From Eledone cirrhosa (Eukaryota), in assembly GCA_964016885.1 (NCBI GenBank), contig OZ024742.1, positions 122,326,001 to 122,390,000 of the forward strand: a stretch of 64,000 nt of DNA, given 5' to 3'. Position numbers and translations under genes: made by a program. The notes beneath the pieces are model-generated. The model was not told the origin of the DNA. It saw only the letters and a list, made by a program, of their open reading frames with translations, and did not search any database. Below, piece by piece: positions 1-11,801 of the stretch (positions within the stretch are counted from its first letter, which is position 1; each line of letters opens with the position of its first letter).

Positions 1-293
1 CACCACCTTCAGCCCTCCCCGCTCGGACACCCCGTCTCCCTCTCCCCACTCCACCCGCCACCACCCCTACTCACCCCACACCCTTCCACCACCTGTTTAC
101 CCCCCTTTTAATTTCAGTTTATTTTGATCATGCCTTTATTTTTAAATTTTCTCATTCCTTGTATTTTGATCATGCTTTATTTTTATTTTTTATCTTTATT
201 TGTTTTTTTTCATTCGCACCGTTTCCTTTCGCTATATGTCTCTCCACCTCTCCCCTACACACCTTTTGAACTCTGTTCCCATACACTTCTCAC

Positions 294-324
294 CTGAGGA
301 AGGGCTTATGCCCGAAACGTCGTC
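294..324 (+). ncRNA. Minimal hammerhead-like motif at the 3' end of a Penelope-like element remnant
   Basis: CTGAGGA-A-GGGC TTAT GCCC-GAAAC-GTC-GTC: HHR core boxes with a 4-bp stem II. Followed by AATAAA and (TA)n. Stem I is not evident. Confidence 0.6.
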
Positions 325-427
325 CCCCACCTACCCCCCACTCTCCTGAGCGTGAAATTAATAAACATTTATTGTACTGCCTCTCAGGTTTGTCCCTGTT
401 CAAATTTTTCCATTATATATATATATA

Positions 428-465
<38 letters not shown>

Positions 466-996
466 TATATAAAATATATGAGTCATACATCTATATACTG
501 ACTACTTGTACATCAATCACAAAATTGTTGGTTGTATAAACAGATCATTATAGCGAGTCTATTAGAGTATGTCTTAATAATATAAAAAAAAATCAAGTGC
601 AGGTGGTATCAGGATGTTAGGTACATAAGCACTCAAACGCCATTTTAAATAAATATATGTTCTAATATATTATAGAGCCATAAGCATTGACACTTTTATA
701 CTTAGATATAAACAATATTGTTGAATATGATTCCCCAGTCGACCTGAAAAAGAGGTTAATTAACATTTCATCACACACAGGAAGACACAGATACATATAC
801 ATACATATATACAAATACACATGTAGAAAGTCACATCCGCGCGCGCGCACACGCACACAAATACACACACGCCCCCATTCCGCCCATATATATAAGGAAA
901 ATATCGATACATAAAAATATCGACTTGTTGACCCCTCAATGCAAAAGGCGTTAAAATTACCAACAGAGGGACCTCCATAGATATTTGTATTGATAC

Positions 997-1132
<136 letters not shown>

Positions 1133-1879
1133 AATACACCTGATTTTGTATCATGATTAAGACATAGTAGGTCTGTGAAATGTGACACAAAATTTATCCT
1201 CTTCAGATCCATGTAACTGTTTCTTTTAACATATCGAACAAAGTATTTGTAATTTACCTATATCTTTCCATCGGCTATTATCTCTCTAATCTGGCTTTCT
1301 TTTCTATACGAGATATTTCAATATTGTCTTACAGAACCTACTAAATCATAGCCTACAATTTAAATCCTGTTTCTACATAATTTTTTTTTGTTTTCTTATT
1401 TCAAACATTCAACTTCTTTCCTTATATAGTGCCATACAAATATTTATGAGCTCCTAATGTTTTTATAGGTAAACACAAAATGAATATATAATATTGTCAT
1501 AAATTGTTCTAGATTCGTCTTCAGAAATTTATTATTGATATTTTTTTAATAATTTATGCCCGAAATTCATTACATCTAGCGTTATAAATATTTAACTTCA
1601 TGAAACATGTTGTTTAGCGTTTTCCTTTGCATAGTCGTCTTTGTTTTATATATATCTCCTTACAAGCCTTCGTAAATCTGAATCCCAGGCGTTAGTTTCC
1701 GAGGTAGTAGGTTTATTTAATTTAGCAGTGTTGAGGTTGGCTATATTCGTAGCTAAGTTAGGTGTAGGGAGAGGAGAGTGTTATTGCATTCTTAATGAAA
1801 AAAATAGTGTCGTACCTAAGTTTTGTGGAGAATTGTTTATTCAGCAATTTGAAGTAAGTCCTAGCTATTGGTGTAGATA

Positions 1880-2900
1880 CCTCTTGGTTGAAGGGGTGGG
1901 GAGGTTGTACCAACTAATTTGCCTATGTCTATTTCTCCTAAGTGGTCTAGGGGTGTTTTCTAGTTAGGTAATGTTTTCTTTAAAGCTACTGCCGGTAAGA
2001 GCTTCGTTTAAATATAGGGTTGATGCACTAAAAATATCTTCATTGGCTGAAAGACCAGAAATTCTAATTGAGAGACTTTTAACTAAATTATCAGTAATAT
2101 TTTGGGGGTCGTTCGAACTAACATTTATGTATTTAAGGGATTTGTTATGTTTGTGGTACGGGTAATAGAGGGAAGTATCTAAATCTAGAGTGACATCTAA
2201 ATCGTTGACCCAAATCATATTTGATTCTATGGTTATTCTAAAACCTAGATTTCGGAAGAACGAACTTAAGTTTTCCGAATCCCATCAGAGGTTCTGGGGT
2301 TTACCTTGTGCAAAGCAAAAATGCCATCGCGGCTGTATAATCTTCCGGTCAGGCCTGTGAAAATGTTCTTCAGGTGCTATAGGATATACAGACCCACCAG
2401 ATCGCTAATTTTTCTGAGTCACTTCCTTCCGATACTGATGTCAAATGGAATCTCAGACATCTTGTTCATAGAGTAAAACGCATCGTGATATATAAATGTC
2501 TTACAGGCGGAGGGGATCACATCCTGCTCAGCGTCGGTGACGGTGGTAAGATTCAGGGCAAAAGCAAGTGCATCATTCAGTAGAAGCTCTGAGATAGAAG
2601 CGTAGTAGTCTTCTATATCCACTTGCAGAAAACGGGTGTTAGGTTTATTAGGCAATTTTTGGAACCAAAAGATTGCCCCAGAGGTTCGGCTCCAGAGCGG
2701 GAGAGGTGAGGCTGCACGCAGAGACGGTAGTATAATATCGATGATTTTTTTTTACTGATAGATCAGATGTCCCGACGTATAGGGTTAATCAGTCTAACTT
2801 TTTAAAAGAAGTTTCCCTTGTAGGCAAAGTGCGGGGTCTTTACCCTTAATGGTTCAGTCCAGTCATCTATTTAATAATAATATATTATAAAATTAAATCA
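1880..2900 (-). mobile_element. Decayed Penelope-like (Naiad-like) retroelement, RT fragments
   Basis: Minus-strand peptides FLQVDIEDYYASISELLLNDALAF, PFDISIG and LDVTLDL...PYHKHNKSLKYINVSSNDP...SIRISGLS. The last is homologous to the element at 53.9 kb. Confidence 0.75.
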
Positions 2901-2984
2901 AATTGTTTAGAACTACAAGTGAAGTCATTCTCTTCCTTTTACAATTATATATATATATATATATGTATATCTCTGGTTCTTTTT

Positions 2985-3355
2985 TTCAAATACCACTTTA
3001 GAAGAAGAATCAGGATAGAGAGAGAGGTGCTGCGTCCCAGCATTTGTTATGAAAGGTGGGTGAAAGTGGCGAGAATGGCCCGAGTGAATGGGCCTTCTCT
3101 CTATATCAGCCAGTAGGTTGAGGAAAAGGAGGAGGAGAGGAAAGGAGTACAAACTCTTCGTACTCCTGGAGTTGAGGGTTGCAGATTTTTTCGGGGGTAT
3201 GTGTTACCGTATGAACTGTCCCCCCCCTATTGGGGAAAATCTACTAACTTTTTAAATTGCATTTGTGATAACATTTTACAAGTTTTTATTATATGTAAAC
3301 TTCCCCCTTTGTATTTGTCCCCTTCTTTTGTGCCCCTGTGGCTAATAAAGATACA
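2985..3355 (+). mobile_element. 3' fragment of a Tx1-like LINE (relative of the 23.7 kb element)
   Basis: FFKYHFRRRIRIEREVL...ERWVKVARMARVNGPSL matches the ORF2 C-terminus at 29.2 kb. 3'UTR has cccccctattgggg and ends cctgtggctaataaaga. Confidence 0.85.
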
Positions 3356-3568
3356 TATCTAGTTATATATATATGTAAATTAAAGTATAGAAATTATTGT
3401 GAGCGTGAATCCAACAGTATTTTATAATATATAAGTGACTATGACGTCAAAACGAAAAAATAGTTAACGTAAGATGTGGGAAAATAATTCAAACTCAATA
3501 AAAAAAAAATCAAGACATAGATTAATCCATAGAATTTTGTGAAATCCAGGGAAAAATCAATAGAGCCT

Positions 3569-3630
<62 letters not shown>

Positions 3631-3631
<1 letters not shown>

Positions 3632-4297
3632 TATATTAACAAATAGAAACTATATTTATATTTATAAAACCATATTTATTTCATTATACATATTTCAAGG
3701 ACACCAAGTTAAATTATGGTGCGCTTTCCTCAGATAAAATATAATATAGATCAGTTTTATAAATAAATATTGACATAGCCTTAGAGAATGCGACCATTTC
3801 TGTTGGAAGCTCCCGGATAGTCAGAAATGGTCCCAACATAAATGGTCGTATTCTTTAAGGGTATGTCAATATTTATTTATAAAACTGATCTATATTATAT
3901 TTTATCCGGGCGGTGGATTGGCAGTATCGGTAGAGGGTCGGGCGCCATGCTTTCTAGCATAGTTACGTCCCTTTACGATCTGAGTTCAAATCCCGCCGAG
4001 GTTGACTTTATCTTTCATCCTTACGGGGTCGATAAAACTAAAGTACCAGTAATGCACTGGGTAATTGCTGGCCTGGTGCCTAAAGTAGAAACAATTATAT
4101 TTTATCTGATGAAAGCGCACCATAATTTAACTTGGTGTCCTTGAAATATGTATAATGAAATAAATATGGTTTTATAAATATAAATATAGTTTCCATTTGT
4201 TAATATATCGCATTTTTACTCCAATAATTTGTTGAGTGCTTTTTATCAGTTATAAAAATATTTGCTTGTTGTATCCCAACAATTTAAATAGAATTTC

Positions 4298-4300
<3 letters not shown>
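3631..4300 (+). repeat. Long fold-back hairpin element with unpaired tail, in (TA)n, interrupted by a SINE
   Basis: 3631-3806 is the near-perfect reverse complement of 3833-3906 plus 4107-4208. An unpaired tail of about 90 nt runs to (TA)n. Confidence 0.9.
3907..4093 (+). mobile_element. tRNA-derived SINE with 13-bp TSD
   Basis: A box TGGCAGTATCGG, B box GAGTTCAAATCCC, central CTTTCATCCTTACGGGGTCGATAAAA. TSD ATTATATTTTATC at 3894-3906 and 4094-4106. Confidence 0.93.
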
Positions 4301-4336
<36 letters not shown>

Positions 4337-5311
4337 TAGTAATATATATATATATGAAGATACAAATATATTACTTCTTTATATAATTCAGTAAGAATAT
4401 TTTGGGCATTGTAAAGTGAGTCGGAAAAAGAGCCTATACGATATACATTATATTATCGCTTTTCAGTGATGGACACCTTTGAGCGAGCTTTAGGAATCCT
4501 ATTATATCACCTACTAACCACATGTTGTATTATTCTGAAACTATTTTGGCGTTTAATTCTTTCGGCAATCTAAGATGTCACTCTCATAAATATATTTATA
4601 TATAAAGGAAGCTGATATACCATGCCGCAAACATCGTGTAAATGAATGACAAACACAACTTATAGAAACAAATCGAATATGGTATTTCATTAATATCTGA
4701 AATCCAGTATTGTTGTCGGACCTTGTCCAGTAATTCATGTTTCTTTTCAGAGGACGTTTCAATTTGGGGAGCATAGATTTACCAGTTCTACAAAAACACT
4801 TCAATCAAACACTTTCCACTATAACAGCGCCCAGAAGTGCATCTTTAACAACAAACATATACAAATAACAAACAAATTAAACACACAAAAAATGAACAAA
4901 TAAATTAAAATGGAAGCCAGCAACTATAGAGGAACATTGTTTCATTGATACACCGCTGCTTCAACTATTTAAATAGAAAATAGTTGTTTCCTGCAAGTAT
5001 CTGCTTGTAAATCTTTTTCGAGATGTACATTTCCATTTTATTTGATGTATAACAATTTAGTTACTAGTTATATTTTCAGGTACCTTACTACTGGCATGCA
5101 CGTTTACAAGTATTGAAAACGTGGTCAATATGAAAATAAGAATTAAAAAATCCATGAGTAGACCTCACCCACCCTCTCTCTCTCTCTTTATATATTTCTT
5201 CAATGTACTCTGTCGCTTGCTTTGTTATTTCTGTTTACTGTTTAAACACACATGCACCCCCCCAAAAAAAAACACACATATATAAATATATATATACATA
5301 TACATCTTTCT

Positions 5312-6410
5312 TTGGCATCCGCCCGTCTCGGGATACAATGGAGATTGTGCCATGGAAATCAGTCTGTGGTGGAACTGCAGCGCCGTCTGTGGCTGTAGAG
5401 CCCGATACTTGCAGTGCTGCATGTGAAGACGATGTCGTCCAAGGGAGCTGACTCCACTCTCTTTTCTTCCCACTGCTTGTCTTTCCTCTGCTCGGATGTC
5501 TTAATGGCCGACTTGATGACACGTTGCCAGCTGCTTCGGTCAGCTGCCACCACTTCAAGGCCTACTGGTGCAATACCACCCGTCTTAAGGCCCCGCTTGC
5601 ACACATGTTTATAGCAGAGCGTGGCCTTCCCGTGGGTCTGGAACCTGAGGTAAGCTCACCATACAAAATTTCTTTGGGTATTCTGCCATCGTGCATGCGG
5701 CTAACATGGCCAAGCCAACGCAATCGTCTCTTTGTGAGCAGGGCAAAAATACTTGTGATTCCTGTCCGTGCTAAGACACCCTTGTTAGGGATGTAGTCCT
5801 GCTATGAAATGCCGAGGATCTCCCTGATGTAGAGTAGGTGAAAGGTGTTGAGCCTGCATTCTTCGCAGGAGTATGGAGTCCAGACCTCGTTTTTATACAG
5901 CAATGTACCCAGCACGCAAGCTTGGCTTATTTTGATCTTTGTCCTGCTGGTTAGCATGGAGTTTTTCGACACTGTTTGACATTCGGGCCATTGCTGCTGA
6001 TGCTTTGCCGATCCTAGAGTTCAGCTCGATGTCCAGACAGAGGTTGATGGGGATGGTGGAGCCAAGGTATGTGAAGTCTTCCACCACGTCGAGTGTACAG
6101 TCACCGATGGAAACGCAGGGAGCCGAGCTGACATCTTGACCCATGATGTTGGTCTTTTTGATGCTAATCGTGAGGCCGAACTCTTTGCAGGCAGAAGTGA
6201 AACAGTTGATGAGCTCTTGGAGAGCAGCCTCTGTGTGTGTCGTCAGAGTGGCATCGTCAGCAAGGGGCATCTCACGAATGGGGACTTTTCATATCTTCGT
6301 CATTGCACGGAGGCGTGCGAAGTTGAACATGCTGCCGTCGCTTCTGGTATGAAGGTAGATGCCCTCTTCAGATTGACCAAAGGCACAGCGCAGCAGCAGG
6401 GAGAACAGTT
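5312..6410 (-). mobile_element. RTE-clade (BovB-like) LINE, 5'-truncated and decayed
   Basis: RT LADDATL...FGLTISIKKT...FTYLGS...RIGKASAA, then PKEILYGEL and a C-terminal IGLYSHRRRC motif. Confidence 0.9.
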
Positions 6411-7079
6411 ACATGTATGTTTAGATATAATTTCTAACTAATACACGTTTATATACGTGTATATGCGTGCTTGCTTTTCTTTATTTAACTCAAGCCACAA
6501 AATTAATATACTGTATATGAAAGCCGGACTCGTGGGAAGTTAGTTAACGGCATCGGTAAAGATATACATGTTATATTTTAGCAATGGTTTATGCATTCTT
6601 TTGTTCCGGTTACATACATGGGTAAAGGCATTTGCTAATATGTATCTTCAAGATCAGCCAAGCGTTTTCCTACCGGGTCCACCAAAGCTTTGAGCTGGCG
6701 GAAATTATGTGGGAACCCGGCGCCCGTCGATCCTTCTTTTTTCTGGGTTGAGGGTTCATTCTGCAACACCATATATAAGACTTTGGTTGATTATGATTTG
6801 CTTACACAATAAAGATTACTTAGCCTGGTCATCTGTCTGAGGAAGACATCCATTTCAGTCACCAATTCCGGTACCCAGATTATATTTATAGACCCTGTCC
6901 TACAACATAAACTATAAACACTTGAACTTTCAGAAAATTTGATAGATATATTTCCTCGAACGAATGTACAGGGTGTCTAAAAAAACGTAATATTTTGCAT
7001 GTAGATACCGAGAAACTTCAAAATATAGGACAAAGCGATGAAGCATTATAAGATTTATACCACAGAATTTGCCGACATT

Positions 7080-7200
7080 ATATCTGAGTTCAAATCCCGG
7101 CGAGGTTAACTTTGCCTTTCATCCTTACGGGGTCGATAAAATAAAGTATCAGTATACACTGGGTAATTGCTGGTCTTGTGCCAAAAGTAGAAACAATTAT
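7080..7200 (+). mobile_element. 5'-truncated SINE
   Basis: B box, central domain and tail GCCAAAAGTAGAAACAATTAT as in other copies. Confidence 0.85.
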
Positions 7201-8522
7201 AACACTAACCTACTCCTAGACTTTATAGTTTCTGGGAAAATTACATCTGAAATAATATAAAATTTTTGGAAATACCCTGTATTATGACAAGAATTCAAAC
7301 TATGGCAATCCCGTAGTTTTATGAGTGTATAGAATATCTAATAAAGGTTGTTCTTTGTAAAGAGGGTGCCATGTGATTTGTTTTGGGGAATTTATTCCAC
7401 TGTTTAGACGTTCTAACGGTTATGTATGGTCTCAGGCGTAAAACGTCGTACTTTGTTCAAAGCAGATGCTCTGTCCTTAGTCCTGCATATGTGAAGTTCC
7501 AGTGATTACGAATAGGGCCCGGAAATAGAATTTCCCTCTTTGAACTTGTAGATGCTTAGTCTTTGGTCCTAGCTCTCTGAATGTTGGGTGACGATAACGA
7601 TAACGCCTGTGAGATTCCGGCGGAGAATATCCTTTGTTGATCCTATTAGATACTCGGGCTTTGAATATGAATTTTCACTGATTACGTATGGGGTCCTATG
7701 TAGAATATCCTTCTTCGACCTTGTAGATGCTGAGTCTTTGGTCCTAGATCTATGTATATTGAGTAACCATAACGATAATACCAATGATTTATTGAAATGT
7801 TTAGCGTTATCCAATTTTTGTCAGTTTGAGTTGATTTGTATTGCACAAAAATCTACTGATGCCGTAGGATCTGGCATAACAATACCTAACTGCAATATCC
7901 ACAATTCCTGTAACGAAGACGTAAGTTTGTCGAAGATATTCATCTTCACAATGGCTTATGTTTGAATATCAGCAATTATTTAACAATCTCCTAGAGCACA
8001 TTGAAGGATTTTCAAGGGACATTTTGATTTCGCTAGAATAAATCTTCATTTAAATGGAAAGAGCAAATATAGTATGCAGAATATATGCACCGACTTTGGT
8101 GCATACTGTTGGCATTTGTGTTGTATTTGCTGGTAGTTATACTTAAGTTCACCCTGAGTTGATATCAATGCCAGCCAAATTTGTCAAAGTCAACTTCTAG
8201 GGTTGTGAAAGGAAATTCACACAATCCTTCTGAATAACGCTAATTTATTGATTTCAAATTTATTTCTCATATATAAATATGTACGTTTAAAATGCCAGTT
8301 ACGAATCTAGGATAGGTGGGTATAACTGCAGAGAAAAAAACAGACAAACTTAACAAAACACTGTATGCATGCTCGTTTGAGTTGGACGGTGCCGCGTTTC
8401 ACATATGTATAGGAAATTATGTAGTATTGTACATGATCATACGTACTCATTAATTAAATCATATTTGCTCACTTACAATATTAATAAACTAATTTTAACT
8501 TAATATCTAGAAAAATGCATAG

Positions 8523-8577
<55 letters not shown>

Positions 8578-8639
8578 CTTTATAAATAACAATCAACAAG
8601 ACAGAGAGAGAGTAAAGTTAGAGAGATTGTTATATCTTC

Positions 8640-10000
8640 GGAGGATCATGCTATTAAGAAAATAACACTCACCAGTTGAGTTTCTTGTGGGTTCTATTAT
8701 TTGTTTCCCGATTTCCATTGCTGGAGACAACGGCCCCGAGATAATTGAACGTCTCCACCTGCTTCAGTGGAACTCCACTCATACGTAAAGTGAGTTGCAC
8801 AGTCTTCCTCTCATTGGTTGAATGGTTCAGTTATCGAAGCGCTGATTTTCATTCTTGTCGTGCAGCACTCGACATCAAACCCATCAGTGATCATCTTCTG
8901 ACGTCTTAAGTAGAGCCATATAGTCTGCAAATTTCAGTCGAATGATCCTACACTCCCCTTTTGAAATATCACATCCAAACTGGCTGCATATGTCAATCCT
9001 GTTCATAAAAATTGTGAACAGGAGAGATGGAATTAAGCTACCTGGTGGAGTCCGATTAACACATTGAATATTTTCGATTCAGCACCATTTATCCGTGTGG
9101 CATCCGGGCGAAATCACACTGTTCATCAGCTAGCTTGGACTCGACAATCTCCCCACATCTCCTTGCCACCTACTTCGTATAAACATTACCGGGTATGCTT
9201 AAATGGAACAATCTCACTTATCTCCCTTTTTGAAACTTGAGACTATCACTCCCGATTGCCATTTCTTAGATGTCTTTCTGAGGATACAGACTACCCTGTA
9301 CAAACGAATCAGTCAGAGAATACCTTCTCTATTTAAGGCGTTTGACACCTGGGGTCGAATTTTCATCCTTCCCAGCGGCTTTACCACATTTGAAGTTTTT
9401 AAATGCTCTGGTGACCTCAGCCTGCGAAAGATTACTCATATATACCAGATACACTATGTGCACATTAGGAGATGGTGTTGTAACCAGGTTTAGGGGATCA
9501 GCAAATTATCCTCTCCATCTCGGGAAGATGCATCTCTCTAAAGAGAGGAAAACCCGAGACGCGTTCCTGGTAGTAGGTGTGGAGAAGGACTTCTTACTAC
9601 GAAGTCGGCGATCTTAATTTGGCTTACATATTAACCCCCAAATCCTCCATCTTTGGACGCCGTTACTGTCTTTGCTGCAACCACAAGTGCAAGGCGGAGG
9701 GTTTATTTCAAAGCTAGACTTGGTAAACAATCTTTTTGCTCGGATGGCATCTTGGACTTCTTGATTGAACCAAGGGAAACTCTTGCCACCCAGTTCCATC
9801 CCAAGGACGTTTTGTCTTCAGCATTTAACAGCTGAAGCAGAAGCTGCCGGACGGAACAGTCTTCACTCCGTTTCAATGTCTTCAGAATGCTCATGTAGTT
9901 CCCTGAATTTGGATGCAATGGTATCCACATACCTTGTCCTGACTTCCTCATTTACCAACACTCCCCACGTTGTTCTGTAGCTCGACCTGGATTTGCCAGT
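8640..10000 (-). mobile_element. Heavily decayed RTE (Expander-like) LINE
   Basis: Minus-strand remnants KAAGKDE, WQSGVIVSSFKKGDK, GLHQ...LLFTIFM, FADYMALL and LKQVETFNYLG. Confidence 0.7.
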
Positions 10001-10859
10001 TTTTTTGGCTTCCTTGAGGTTGTCTCAAGATGCAGATAACTAGATCATGATCAGTTGGCAGCTCAGCCCCTCTCTTAACACGAATATCTAGGAGAGAATT
10101 GAAGAGAACGATACCTATTATTGCTCTCTGTCACAATCTGGTACATCTCTCACACCAACAAAGAGGTGGTTTCTACTCGTATCGTCCTAGATACATCACT
10201 AGGTTGTGAGAATTTTCTTTGGGGCTAAAGGTTGGTCTGGGTTGCTTATTCGTCTGGCAGGAACTCGTTTATATTATAACTAACCATCGTCACCTCCGAT
10301 CCGTTCTCTACTATAGCAGCTCTGCCGAGAATCCTTGATACTTTTTGAAAATTAATTTTATTCCCTTTGCTGTTAGATTATTAAAATAATTTCTTTACAT
10401 TTTGACAAGAACTTTTATAACAATTCCGTGTTTGATTTCTCCATTGTTTTTTGTTTATTATCAACAGGAGTGGTTTCAATGTAAGTTCATTTAACAAAAC
10501 GGATCGAACTGTTTTTGTAATGGCGTGTCTAGAAATTAACACGAAACAGGGAATAATACAATGATGAATATGATGACAAGATGATACGTCAAAACATTCT
10601 TTTCTATTAAGAAATTGTGAAAAACGTGCTTTTATATATACGAAATACTTTTTCGTTGTAAGTATCAGCACAGCGAAATATCACTGGAATGAAAATAAGA
10701 GGATTTTTCACATTTACATAATGGAAAGTTAATGAAAAATCAACGTAGAATATAAAGGCAAAAAAATGTGTGTGATGGATGGCCTGTTGATGGAGGGGGA
10801 GCTGAATACAGTGCACTTGAATGATATTGGGTAGCCAGTTTTCTAAAATATTTTTTTTG

Positions 10860-11050
10860 CTTTTGGCACAAGGTCACCAATTTGAAGAGAAGGGAAATGT
10901 TGATTAAATCGATGCCAGTGCGTTAAGGGTACTTTATTTTATCGACCACGTAAGGATATATGGCAAAGCTAACATCGGCGGGATTTGAATTCAGAATGAA
11001 AAGGCACACACCTCTAAGCAACTTGTCCGATAATGAAGCGATACTGTTAA
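10860..11050 (-). mobile_element. Diverged SINE
   Basis: Reverse-complement SINE tail (ttttggcacaagg), central tttatcgacc and B box ggatttgaattc. Confidence 0.7.
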
Positions 11051-11243
11051 TCCAAACCAGATAAAGGACGGCTCACTGAAAATGGTAGGTGATATGTAGA
11101 AAAGAAATCTGAAGGAAGATAACGACGAATTAAGTTAAGGAGCAATGGAGTTGCAAGTGTCAATAATAAATACAGATAGAAAGATGCCTATAGCGGTATA
11201 TGGACTGTGAATAGATTCATGAACCGATAAAAAATAGATTATG

Positions 11244-11294
<51 letters not shown>

Positions 11295-11357
11295 AAAATG
11301 TTCGCTCTACATGGCTGAATACAATAAATGTAACCTGAGTTTTTCGAATATTAATAA

Positions 11358-11483
11358 TTGTTTCTACTTTTGGCACAAGGCCAGCAATTACCCAGTGTAT
11401 TACTGGTACTTTATTTTATCGACCCCGTAAGGATGAAAGGAAAGTTAACCTCGGCGGGATTTGAACTTAGAATGGCAAGGGCC
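11358..11483 (-). mobile_element. 5'-truncated SINE in the left hairpin arm
   Basis: Matches SINE copies at 36045 and 55345; flanked by AATAA on both sides. Confidence 0.9.
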
Positions 11484-11590
11484 AATAACATTTGATTGGT
11501 TTGCAATTATGCAAACACGCCTCAATTTCATACCCATGTCAGTAGAATGAACCCTTCATTCTTGCTCTTGCGTTGGCATGCGAACAGAAC

Positions 11591-11632
11591 TGCAGACATT
11601 AATGTTTCTGGGTATCACCCATCATCAGTACA
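11591..11632 (-). ncRNA. Type I minimal hammerhead ribozyme, intact core
   Basis: Minus strand TGTA-CTGATGA-TGGGT GAT ACCCA-GAAAC ATTAAT GTC-TGCA: all conserved boxes, 5-bp stem II, palindromic stem III, GUC site, 4-bp stem I. Confidence 0.85.
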
Positions 11633-11801
11633 CCTCACTGTTCACCTGCCAGTTTGATACCCAGGGTGATACCCAGAAACATTGGAGTCTGCAGTTTTGT
11701 TCGCATGCCAACACAAGAGCAAGAATGAAGGGTTCATTCTACTGACATGGCTATAAAATTGAGGCTTGTTTGCATAATTGCAAACGAATCGAATGTTATT
11801 A

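Noticed and set aside
1495-1530. CTGAAGA...GAACAATT on the minus strand downstream of the PLE fragment
   Set aside because: No stem II and an incomplete GAAA box; at best a decayed HHR.
6826-6882. CTGAGGA-A-GAC...GTC-ACCAATTCCGGTA, HHR-like
   Set aside because: The GAAA box is absent and would need an assumed deletion.
7545-7782. Diverged duplication of about 60 bp (7545 and 7720) and a 125-aa ORF
   Set aside because: No recognisable protein; probably an old LINE remnant on the minus strand.
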